49,340 nucleotides of DNA from a bacterium (GTDB lineage Bacteria > Patescibacteriota > Minisyncoccia > Phycocordibacterales > UBA5272): assembly GCA_043771335.1 (NCBI GenBank), contig JAYVHM010000005.1:1-49340 (forward strand). The letters run 5' to 3'. This document shows, in pieces, positions 9,596-17,251 of the stretch (the stretch's first letter is position 1; each line of letters starts with the position of its first letter). Position numbers and translations under genes: made by a program. The notes under the pieces were generated by a model. That model ran no database searches, was not told where the DNA came from, and was given only the letters and a program-made list of their open reading frames with translations.

Positions 9596-9979
9596 TTAGA
9601 ATATTTCAAAAAGTGCTTCTCCTCCTGTATTACTAGCGCGCGCTGCACGTCCAGTCATTATACCTTTTGGAGTTGATAAGACTACGTTACCGTAACCATT
9701 TCTAACTTTTTGTATATCACTTAATTTATAATAAACTCTACGACCTGGTTTTGAAATGCGTTTTGTTGAGCTGACAGCGTGTACATTTTCTTTGTTATAC
9801 TCAAGTACAACTTCGATTTTGTATTCTGCAGCATTATCTTTTACTGCTTTCACATAACCCTCCTCTTTTAAAAGATTTAAAATAGAAAGAGTTAATTTTG
9901 AAAATGGTACAGATATTTTTTCTTTTCTGATAGCACCCGCATTACGGAGTGATACCAACATGTTTCCTATTGTATCCAT
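9596..9979 (-). CDS. rpsH: 30S ribosomal protein S8
   Basis: Starts MDTIGNMLVSLRNAG and ends VVLSTPKGIMTGRAARASNTGGEALFEI. Confidence 0.95.
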   Translation of the reverse strand: MDTIGNMLVSLRNAGAIRKEKISVPFSKLTLSILNLLKEEGYVKAVKDNAAEYKIEVVLEYNKENVHAVSSTKRISKPGRRVYYKLSDIQKVRNGYGNVVLSTPKGIMTGRAARASNTGGEALFEIF

Positions 9980-10013
9980 ATATTAATAATTTTATATTGT
10001 GCTTAATAAGAGA

Positions 10014-10199
10014 TTACCAAGATGCTTTCTTAACGCCTGGGATTTGTCCTTCGTTAGCAAGTTCACGGAAGCAGATACGACAGAGATCAAAATCTCTCAT
10101 GTATCCGTGTTTTCTTCCACACTTGAAACAACGACTTACCTTGCGTGTTGAAAATTTTGGCGTCTTAGCAGCTCTTGCGATGACTGATGTTTTTGCCAT
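10014..10199 (-). CDS. rpsN: 30S ribosomal protein S14, short zinc-binding (type Z) form
   Basis: 61 aa with the CxxC...CxxC motif ([20 protein letters not shown]). Immediately upstream of rpsH. Confidence 0.95.
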   Translation of the reverse strand: MAKTSVIARAAKTPKFSTRKVSRCFKCGRKHGYMRDFDLCRICFRELANEGQIPGVKKASW

Positions 10200-10325
10200 A
10201 ATTTTTTTGTTCGTAATTTATTTTTGTATTTACTTTCGCAAATACTCGCTTTTATTATCTAATGTGATTTTGACTGTTTCTTAAGAATAACACTCAGAGA
10301 CACACTGATTAAAAACGATGTAAAC

Positions 10326-10354
10326 ATAATAACATAAAATCTATTCTTTTGCAA
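10326..10354 (-). promoter_or_regulatory. Candidate sigma70-type promoter for the rpsN-rplO operon
   Basis: On the minus strand, TTGCAA (10349-10354), a 17-nt spacer, then TATTAT (10326-10331). It lies just downstream of the terminator that ends the orphan cassette. AT-rich background makes chance matches likely. Confidence 0.3.
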
Positions 10355-10381
10355 ACTGATATAAGATCTTTTTTGATAAAT

Positions 10382-10415
10382 AAAATCCCCGCAAAGCGTA
10401 GCTTTGCGGGGGGGG
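10382..10415 (-). terminator. Intrinsic terminator ending the two-gene orphan cassette
   Basis: Stem ccccgcaaagc pairs with gctttgcgggg around loop gta (10387-10411). On the minus strand a U-rich stretch (auuuuauuu) follows. It is 13 nt past the stop of the 292-aa ORF. Confidence 0.65.
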
Positions 10416-10427
10416 CAAGTAACAACA

Positions 10428-11306
10428 TTACACATGCTGCTGACTTGGCATTACAACTTCTATTCCAAGTTTTGCGTGAGTTGAAATGTTTTTCAGAAGA
10501 GTGAATCTTTCTAATTTTTTCCTTGCAGAATAATTATTATCTATAACTCTTAACTTTTTATCTGGGACAGCGTTGAATTTTTCTATTTCCTTTACCCACA
10601 ACAGCTTGACCTCTTCTAACCTTTTTTTACAAATCATATTTGGAATATTTCTACCAAAAAGATTCATAATAGTATACATCTTAAAATTAAGAACATTAAT
10701 CTTATTATCTCCAAAGAACATTGTTTTTGAAAGTCTCACTGATCTAAGTTTTTTCCTAACTTCACGATCGCCGACAATAAAATTGTATTTTAAATCAGGA
10801 TCAGAAGCAATGTTAATTGGCTTAGGAGTTTTAAATACATCTGAATCGTCATTTACACTATTACCAAGATATATAGCACTTGCATTGTATGTGCCATACG
10901 TATGTTCAAAATCAAAAGAAAAGTTCATACCTTCTTTTATAAGACAAATATAAGTTGCTTTTAACTCATGAGTGCCACAGGCATACATTACATCATCACC
11001 ATGCTTTTCCCAAATCTCAACCATCATGTACTCGCCGACATGATTTTCCATTTTTGCTTGGATAGCCTTATACTGTTCAAGTTTTTTTGACACTTCCCTA
11101 ACATTTAGACTCCATACTGCAAAAACAAAATCAGCAAGCTTGTCCCCAGTACTACCACCTGACTTTAAAGTTTTTACAATGTCACATAACATGGCACCTT
11201 GTAACAAGATTGCAGAATGAAGTTGTCTCTCAGTTTCTTCAGCTAATCCTGAAGTAAATAGAAAGTTTCTGGCTTCTGGTGAAAAATTTTTAACGTCGAG
11301 TGTCAT
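10428..11306 (-). CDS. Hypothetical protein (292 aa), no recognisable family
   Basis: Clean ORF with a strong SD (aaggag, 6 nt before the ATG). No signal peptide or TM segment. No motif I can name. Confidence 0.75.
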   Translation of the reverse strand: MTLDVKNFSPEARNFLFTSGLAEETERQLHSAILLQGAMLCDIVKTLKSGGSTGDKLADFVFAVWSLNVREVSKKLEQYKAIQAKMENHVGEYMMVEIWEKHGDDVMYACGTHELKATYICLIKEGMNFSFDFEHTYGTYNASAIYLGNSVNDDSDVFKTPKPINIASDPDLKYNFIVGDREVRKKLRSVRLSKTMFFGDNKINVLNFKMYTIMNLFGRNIPNMICKKRLEEVKLLWVKEIEKFNAVPDKKLRVIDNNYSARKKLERFTLLKNISTHAKLGIEVVMPSQQHV

Positions 11307-11324
11307 AACTATCTCCTTTAATGA

Positions 11325-11732
11325 TTAATTAATTTTTGCAACAGAAAATTCAATATCCTTTTCACAAAAATAATTAGAAAGTAATTCTTTCAGATCTTCT
11401 ATGTATTCACTAACTCCCAATTTTAAATCTGCTCTAACTTTTTCATGCAAAGATTTCTTTAATTTGCTAAACACTTTTTCTATGGACTCTTCTGTTATTT
11501 CAGCTATTATCTTTGGAGATAATCCTAATGGTATTTTAGAACCGCATCCACAAGTAGATTTATCTGTTAATAGTCTCACGAGAAGAACAGAACTTTTTAC
11601 TTCATCTTTATATTTTGACTCATCTGGCTTTAATACATCCACGGCAATAATCATCTGGTTACCGCCTCCTCCATTACCGCCACCGTCAGGGTTAAACTTT
11701 TTCAAAAAAGGTTTTGATGTTTTGAAAAGCAT
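11325..11732 (-). CDS. Hypothetical protein (135 aa) with an N-terminal Gly-rich tract, no recognisable family
   Basis: ORF with SD aaggag 5 nt before the ATG. Contains GGGNGGGGN and then a CGCG motif. An alternative internal start (MIIAVDV) also has a GGAGGAGG SD. It is 18 nt upstream of the 292-aa ORF. Confidence 0.65.
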   Translation of the reverse strand: MLFKTSKPFLKKFNPDGGGNGGGGNQMIIAVDVLKPDESKYKDEVKSSVLLVRLLTDKSTCGCGSKIPLGLSPKIIAEITEESIEKVFSKLKKSLHEKVRADLKLGVSEYIEDLKELLSNYFCEKDIEFSVAKIN

Positions 11733-11843
11733 AATTACTCCTTATGTTATAAATTAAGAACATTTTTTGAATTATAAAAATAATTTTATTTACTTTTATA
11801 TTTGAAATATTATATTAACATAAATATAAAAATATGTAAATAC

Positions 11844-11870
11844 AAAAAGCCGCGCGAAGCGCGGCTTTTT
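11844..11870 (-). terminator. Intrinsic terminator after rpsG
   Basis: aaaaagccgcgc-gaa-gcgcggcttttt, a perfect GC-rich stem flanked by A/T runs, 17 nt past the rpsG stop codon. Confidence 0.7.
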
Positions 11871-11887
11871 GTATTTTACTTTGCTTG

Positions 11888-12355
11888 TTACCACGCAAAG
11901 TGAGCAAAAGCTTTGTTAGCTTCGGCCATTCTGTGTGTATCTTCTCTCTTCTTAACTGCTGATCCTTCACCTTTACTAGCACCAATTAACTCATCACCTA
12001 ATTTCTTATGCATTGCTTCTCCTTTTTTACTACGAGCAGCATTGATAAGCCATCTGTATGATAGTTGCATTTGGCGTTCAGCGCGAACTTCACGAGGAAC
12101 TTGGTAATTAGCACCACCGATACGGCGTGATTTTACTTCGATTAATGGAGAAGTGTTTTTAACAGCTTCTTTAAAAATCTCAATTCCCTCTTGCTTTGTT
12201 TTTTCTTTGATATAGTCAAAAGCAGCGTAAACTATTTCGCGTGCTGTATTTTTCTTACCACTCCACATTACATAGTTTATGAATTTCTCAACATCCATCG
12301 AGTTATGATTGATGTCAGGCTTTACTATATTTCTATTTTTTACTGGTCTTCTCAT
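11888..12355 (-). CDS. rpsG: 30S ribosomal protein S7
   Basis: Contains FINYVMWSGKKNTAREIVYAAF...IEVKSRRIGGANYQVPREV...EANKAFAHFAW. Confidence 0.95.
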   Translation of the reverse strand: MRRPVKNRNIVKPDINHNSMDVEKFINYVMWSGKKNTAREIVYAAFDYIKEKTKQEGIEIFKEAVKNTSPLIEVKSRRIGGANYQVPREVRAERQMQLSYRWLINAARSKKGEAMHKKLGDELIGASKGEGSAVKKREDTHRMAEANKAFAHFAW

Positions 12356-12423
12356 GTTATTGTTTTAATTTATTTAATTATTATATTCTTTTCTTTAAAT
12401 TATTTTACTAATTTAAATACTTT

Positions 12424-12855
12424 TTATTTCTTTGCGGCAGCGCCAGCTTTAGGGCGTTTTGCTCCGTACAGAGAACGAGATTGGCGACGAGCGTCAACAC
12501 CAGTAGCGTCGAATCTTCCACGCACTATGTGATAACGCACACCAGCCAAGTCTTTTACACGTCCACCGCGTATCATAACTACAGAATGCTCTTGTAATTT
12601 ATGTTTCTCGCCTGGAATATACGCAGTTACTTCTTGACCATTAGTTAGTCTAACACGAGCTATTTTACGTAGCGCCGAGTTCGGTTTCTTTGGAGTTGTT
12701 GTTGTAACTTTTGTACACACGCCACGCTTAAAAGGTGAATCGTAAAAGTTAGGTCTATTTTGTATACTGTTAAATCCACGTCCCATAGTTACAGAACGAG
12801 ATTTTCTAGCTACTTTAGATCTAGCTGATTTTACTAATTGATTAATTGTTGGCAT
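12424..12855 (-). CDS. rpsL: 30S ribosomal protein S12
   Basis: Starts MPTINQLV and contains [71 protein letters not shown]. Confidence 0.97.
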   Translation of the reverse strand: MPTINQLVKSARSKVARKSRSVTMGRGFNSIQNRPNFYDSPFKRGVCTKVTTTTPKKPNSALRKIARVRLTNGQEVTAYIPGEKHKLQEHSVVMIRGGRVKDLAGVRYHIVRGRFDATGVDARRQSRSLYGAKRPKAGAAAKK

Positions 12856-12877
12856 AATTTTTTAATGTTGTAAGAAA

Positions 12878-13243
12878 TTATTTAAGCTCAACTTTAGCGC
12901 CAGCTTCTTCTAATTTCTTTTTCATTTCCTCAGCATCTGCTTTTTTAACATTTGCTTTTAAGTCGATAGGAGCTCCATCAACTAAGTCCTTAGCCTCTTT
13001 AAGACCAAGAGCTAAAGCCTCTTTTACTACCTTCATAACTGCAATCTTTTGTTCACCAGCTGATGCTAAGTGTACTGTGTATTCTGATTTACCTTCTTCA
13101 GCTACGGCAGCGCCAGCAGCGGGAGCAGCTGATACAGCAGCAGCTGATACTCCGAATTTCTCCTCGATAGCACTTACTAGCTCGTTAAGATCTAGAACGC
13201 TCATTGATTCGATTTTGTTTAACATGTCTTCAAATTTATTCAT
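12878..13243 (-). CDS. rplL: 50S ribosomal protein L7/L12
   Basis: An N-terminal dimerisation helix, an Ala-rich hinge ([17 protein letters not shown]), and a C-terminal domain [22 protein letters not shown]...[10 protein letters not shown]. Confidence 0.96.
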   Translation of the reverse strand: MNKFEDMLNKIESMSVLDLNELVSAIEEKFGVSAAAVSAAPAAGAAVAEEGKSEYTVHLASAGEQKIAVMKVVKEALALGLKEAKDLVDGAPIDLKANVKKADAEEMKKKLEEAGAKVELK

Positions 13244-13270
13244 ATATTTTATATTATTTTTATTAATTTA

Positions 13271-13756
13271 TTATTTTGTCTTTGCTACTTCACTAACTGC
13301 TATCGCTATGCGTTGCATTGGTGATTTTAATAAGTAAGCAAGTTGTGATAGTAATACATCACGTGTTGGTATAGTAGCTATTTTCATCATACCTGCCGCA
13401 TCCTTGAATCCTCCTTCAAATATACCTCCGAGTATTGCAATAGATTTTTTATTTTCTTTTGCAAAGTCATTAGCGATACGAGCGGGAGCAAGAAGGTCAT
13501 CACCCCAAAGTACTGCCATTTCGGCTGCAACTGCTGGTGACTCACCTGTAATATTATTAGCAGTAGCTGCTCTGTCCCATAGTGATTTTTTTACTACAGT
13601 ATAGTTCATCTTTTCTGCAAATAATTTCTTACGAAGTTGTTCTTGTTTTCCAACTGATAGTCCCTTAAAAGAAACGTATACAGCTGATTTAGAATTCTTG
13701 ATAGCATTATTGTATGAGTCAATTAACTCTACTTTTTTGTTTTTGCTTAATGCCAT
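13271..13756 (-). CDS. rplJ: 50S ribosomal protein L10
   Basis: Contains K..LIDSYNNAIKNSKSAVYVSFKGLSVGKQEQLRKKL. Immediately upstream of rplL. Confidence 0.93.
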   Translation of the reverse strand: MALSKNKKVELIDSYNNAIKNSKSAVYVSFKGLSVGKQEQLRKKLFAEKMNYTVVKKSLWDRAATANNITGESPAVAAEMAVLWGDDLLAPARIANDFAKENKKSIAILGGIFEGGFKDAAGMMKIATIPTRDVLLSQLAYLLKSPMQRIAIAVSEVAKTK

Positions 13757-13936
13757 AATTATTTTATTATTATGTTTTGTAATGTGCTTTTTATAAATTA
13801 AATGCAGTGCATATAATCTATAAAAATAAAATCGCCTACACCGGCGACTTAGAGATTTTTGTAAAGATATTAATTAAAACTTATTTAAGCTTTTAGTCTT
13901 TATTTCTAAAGTTTAAAACGAAAACAAATCTTATAT

Positions 13937-13988
13937 CTCTACGCCTCCGCAGGGCTTATGCACTTACGTGCGCCTACTTCTTTGGTGT
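13937..13988 (-). promoter_or_regulatory. Candidate structured 5'-leader element of rplJ (possible L10-leader-like autoregulatory RNA)
   Basis: This is the only GC-rich patch in a 605-bp AT-rich non-coding gap. The minus-strand RNA GGC-GCAC-GUAA-GUGC-AUAA-GCC can form a GNRA-capped hairpin with an asymmetric internal loop. It starts a few nt after a candidate promoter and lies 180-230 nt upstream of the rplJ ATG. I did not match it to a covariance model. Confidence 0.25.
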
Positions 13989-13996
13989 ATGTTACA

Positions 13997-14025
13997 ATAC
14001 TAACACAAAAACTACTTTTCTGCAA
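13997..14025 (-). promoter_or_regulatory. Candidate promoter for rplJ-rplL-rpsL-rpsG
   Basis: On the minus strand, TTGCAG (14020-14025), a 17-nt spacer, then TAGTAT (13997-14002) preceded by a TG extension. Confidence 0.3.
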
Positions 14026-14324
14026 ATGAAAAGCGTGCATGAACACTGAGATTCAAAACACGCTTACAGATGAACTACGTCACCATTACAGAGCTGATGA
14101 TCATGACTACCCATATAATATTGGTGGTCTTTATAAAATCTTTGACAAAAATCACAAACACAATCTCCATTTGCTCTGTACCAGTAATCGTTAACATTAC
14201 TGTCGTCTTCTAACAAATCATTTTGATGCAAAAAATTATCTACAAGATTTTTAACGAGTATTTACTCACCTCTTTTCTATAAAAATAATCTATGCAGTGG
14301 ATTATATCACACATCTTAGCTTTG

Positions 14325-14333
14325 TGCTATAAT
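14325..14333 (+). promoter_or_regulatory. Candidate extended -10 promoter element for smpB
   Basis: TGCTATAAT (TGnTATAAT consensus), 29 nt upstream of the smpB ATG. Confidence 0.35.
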
Positions 14334-14361
14334 ACAAAAAGAAAATACCTCATACAAAAAT

Positions 14362-14811
14362 ATGAATACAATTATCAACAAAAAATTACATCATGATTAC
14401 GAAGTGCTGGAAAAATATTCTTGTGGAGTTGAGCTGCTGGGTCATGAAGTAAAAAGTATAAGAAAAGGCATGATCAATATTACTGGAGCAAAAGTAATAT
14501 TAACTGGAGGTGAAGTGTTTATGATCGGTGCCGACATACATCCTTATCAAGAAAATAACACCATTGTAAACAAAAACTTAAAAGGCTCTGTATTAAAGTA
14601 TGACAAATTAAGAACCAGAAAACTTTTGATGAATAAAAAAGAAATATCAAAGCTGTATAAAACTATGGAAAATAAAAGTTTACACCTGGCTGCCTACTCT
14701 GTTTTTGATAAGCATGGAATAATAAAAATAGACATTGCACTGTGTAAAAAATTAAACAAGCATGATAAGAGAGAGAAAATAAAAGAGCGTGATTTCCATC
14801 AAACCGGCTAA
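14362..14811 (+). CDS. smpB: SsrA-binding protein SmpB
   Basis: Contains NKKLHHDYEVLEKYSCGVELLGHEVKSIRKG...GGEVFMIGADIHPYQ with a basic C-terminal tail. A tmRNA gene lies 1 kb downstream. Confidence 0.95.
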   Translation: MNTIINKKLHHDYEVLEKYSCGVELLGHEVKSIRKGMINITGAKVILTGGEVFMIGADIHPYQENNTIVNKNLKGSVLKYDKLRTRKLLMNKKEISKLYKTMENKSLHLAAYSVFDKHGIIKIDIALCKKLNKHDKREKIKERDFHQTG

Positions 14812-14848
14812 AATATTTAGCAAAAATATTTTATGATATAATATAAAT

Positions 14849-15751
14849 ATGAAGAAGTTAATTTTTATCTTTAATATATTTTTTGCTTTTAGCTTTTTGA
14901 ATATTGCCTCTGCACAAAATAATTCTATTCCTGCAAATTCTAGCAGTACGGAGATTTTAAAAAATACATATGTGCAGATAATAGACAGTTGTAATTGGGC
15001 GCACTCTGGAGTCTGCGTTGCTGCGCGTGGTGGACCGGGGACTAGCTTTTCAAAAGAACACAGGCTGCGTAATGGTATAGTTTTAAAAGTTTCAGAAAAA
15101 ATAGAAACAAAAAATGGGAGTTGGTATAAAATAGATTTTAAAAACGAAAAAATAAATAAATCAGAAAGACTTAAAAAAGACTGGTATGTGAATGCAAAAT
15201 ATACAAAGATATTAGAAAATATAAAACCAGAAGTGTATGATGAAGATAATTACCTTGAAAATAAAGAAATTGAAAATAAAAAGATATACATAAATCTAAA
15301 AAAACAAATCTTAGAAGCTTATGAAGGTGAGACCCTTTTTATGAGAACAAAAATATCTACTGGGTTAAAAGATAGCCCGACGGAAAGTGGTGAATATTTT
15401 ATACATTACAAGACGCCAAGTAGATACATGCAAGATGATGCGACTACGACTAAAATCTTTTACACTCATACAAAGACAGATACCTTAGCTAGCGGGGAAA
15501 GCAAAATATCAACCAGCACAAGATCTTACTCTACCTCTACTAAAAATAAAATAAATTACAAAGAATACTATGATTTGCCAGGTGTCCCTTTCGCTATGTA
15601 TTTTGATGAAGATGGAAAGGCGATACATGGGGCTTATTGGCATAATAATTTTGGCAATAGGCATTCACATGGATGTATTAACTTAAATTTAAAAGATAGT
15701 GAAAAATTATATCGCTGGACTCCTGTTGGTGCTATTGTAATAGTAAAATAA
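14849..15751 (+). CDS. Secreted L,D-transpeptidase (YkuD domain)
   Basis: Signal peptide MKKLIFIFNIFFAFSFLNIASA. The YkuD catalytic region is IHGAYWHNNFGNRHSHGCINLNLKDSEKLYRW (His...SHGC motif). Confidence 0.9.
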   Translation: MKKLIFIFNIFFAFSFLNIASAQNNSIPANSSSTEILKNTYVQIIDSCNWAHSGVCVAARGGPGTSFSKEHRLRNGIVLKVSEKIETKNGSWYKIDFKNEKINKSERLKKDWYVNAKYTKILENIKPEVYDEDNYLENKEIENKKIYINLKKQILEAYEGETLFMRTKISTGLKDSPTESGEYFIHYKTPSRYMQDDATTTKIFYTHTKTDTLASGESKISTSTRSYSTSTKNKINYKEYYDLPGVPFAMYFDEDGKAIHGAYWHNNFGNRHSHGCINLNLKDSEKLYRWTPVGAIVIVK

Positions 15752-15754
15752 AAC

Positions 15755-15782
15755 TTGACAACCATTGATTTTCTGCTACAAT
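15755..15782 (+). promoter_or_regulatory. Candidate promoter for ssrA (tmRNA)
   Basis: Consensus TTGACA (15755-15760), a 16-nt spacer, then TGcTACAAT (-10 at 15777-15782). It lies 39 nt upstream of the mature tmRNA 5' end. Confidence 0.5.
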
Positions 15783-15820
15783 GTATATAGTTCTCTTTTG
15801 CTATTGTAAAAGAGAACTAT

Positions 15821-16209
15821 GGGGGTGCCAGGCTTTGATCTTTGTAATTATTATACAGTGCAATACAACCTTGTAGATGTGGTTTGAACATTTACAAAAA
15901 GAATGCAAACAAAACTGCATCAAGAGTAGCATCTGATTTTTGGATGTTCTCTCCAGCTTTTGCTCGTGCGTAATCGCATCAGCCAGCAGGCGCTATTATA
16001 ATTTTCACACATCGAATTATTATTAGTGTTATAAAGAATGTGAGTAGAATATTTTATTTAATAATTTAAAAAATATTTGAAATAAAAAATTATAAATATA
16101 TTTCTATTTTGCAAAATTTTCTAAAAATATATTACAACAAATCTTGCTAAGTATTGTAGATGCTGTATGATTTTGCTCTGACACGGGGGTTCAACTCCCC
16201 CCATCTCCA
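15821..16209 (+). ncRNA. ssrA: Transfer-messenger RNA (tmRNA, SsrA), ~389 nt
   Basis: The 5' GGGGGUG pairs with the 3' CAUCUCC, including the G3:U pair, followed by discriminator A (CCA not fully encoded). The T-arm is GGGGGUUCAACUCCCCCC. The 5' part GGCUUUGA resembles the tmRNA D-loop region. An internal tag ORF starts at a GCA resume codon. smpB is nearby. Confidence 0.9.
15905..15973 (+). other. Predicted tmRNA tag reading frame (ANKTASRVASDFWMFSPAFARA-stop)
   Basis: GCA AAC AAA ... GCU CGU GCG UAA. The resume codon GCA follows an A-rich stretch, as in known tmRNAs. The Ala-x-Ala C-terminus is only loosely like canonical ..LAA tags. Confidence 0.5.
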
Positions 16210-16216
16210 CAAAAAG

Positions 16217-16244
16217 AAAACCACCAATCACTTGGTGGTTTTTA
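16217..16244. terminator. Bidirectional intrinsic terminator after ssrA and the convergent lipoprotein gene
   Basis: aaaa-ccaccaa-tcac-ttggtgg-ttttt. Confidence 0.65.
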
Positions 16245-16280
16245 TTTATTTAAAATATATTAATTAAATAAATGTTGTTT

Positions 16281-17168
16281 TTAGAATGTTTTAAACTTAC
16301 AAGACTTTGTGGCTAAGCTACCATCTGTATGTGTAACATTAACCACCAATGAGTAACTGGACCCTGAGGTAAGTGGCGATATCGGCATACCCATAGCTAA
16401 ATGGGGGGAGCCTATGTTTTTATCATTAAATGAAGTTAAGGTGGGATAAAAATCTTCAGCACTACCCTTACCATCCTGAATCAAAGATATATTAACCGTC
16501 TTAATAAGACTGCCACTAGATATATAAATAGGAGTACCTGTAGGATTTGTATTCAGAGACAAACCAAACTGAATCAAAGGGTCTGGTATTTCCCCTCTAG
16601 AGCTGTCTCTTGGAACTACTACCCCATTACATGGGTGCACCATTAGACTTGAATCATGTAGATAAAAATCAGCTATCTCAAGCACGGTATTATCTGGTCT
16701 ATTTGCTATACCAATCTTTCTGTATGGAGACATAACAAGCGCTAGTCCATGATAAGGTGCTGTTAATAATTCCCATATTTTCTGAGATGATGTATACCCA
16801 AAAGCAAGCCCGGTGGCAGCTTCGCCCACATGAGAATCTATACCGAGAGCCTTTGCTCTATCTATAGGCGTAATGCCTGTAAAGCCTGGCCGACCTGGAA
16901 TCTCTCCGTGACCAAAATTATCCAGATTCAAACTCAGATAATTAGAATGAGTATTAGCAGCATCCATCAGTTTTGTATAAGGAACTACAGTTGGCAGGCC
17001 AGCGTGTGAGCGGAGATGATTTAGGATACCTAACACTTCGGCTTGGTCCGGATTAAGGGTTGCAGGAGATCCGAGATCGTTACTCGAAGAGTCAGACGAT
17101 CCTCCATCACAAGCACTTAATGACAAAGCAAAAAGAGAGAACAAAAAATAACAAAGAACTTTTTTCAT
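16281..17168 (-). CDS. Lipoprotein with a CAP/SCP (YkwD-like) domain and a beta-rich C-terminal domain
   Basis: Lipobox signal MKKVLCYFLFSLFALSLSAC. The CAP-like pattern is LNHLRSHAGLP...L..AANTHSNYL...GHGE...GE...P.H...SPYRKIGIA. Pattern recognised by eye only. Confidence 0.6.
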   Translation of the reverse strand: MKKVLCYFLFSLFALSLSACDGGSSDSSSNDLGSPATLNPDQAEVLGILNHLRSHAGLPTVVPYTKLMDAANTHSNYLSLNLDNFGHGEIPGRPGFTGITPIDRAKALGIDSHVGEAATGLAFGYTSSQKIWELLTAPYHGLALVMSPYRKIGIANRPDNTVLEIADFYLHDSSLMVHPCNGVVVPRDSSRGEIPDPLIQFGLSLNTNPTGTPIYISSGSLIKTVNISLIQDGKGSAEDFYPTLTSFNDKNIGSPHLAMGMPISPLTSGSSYSLVVNVTHTDGSLATKSCKFKTF

Positions 17169-17251
17169 ACTACAAACTCCAGAAAGAGCAATATTACTCT
17201 GATAAGCATATTAACATAAATATTATATCTTGGCAATACCAGAACAAAAAC

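Noticed and set aside
16181-16210. tRNA-like T-arm (GGGGGTTCAACTCCCCCC) that could be taken for a tRNA gene
   Set aside because: There is no anticodon arm or D-arm at tRNA spacing upstream. The acceptor partner lies 380 nt upstream (15821), which is the tmRNA architecture. I found no other tRNA-like T-arm in the window.
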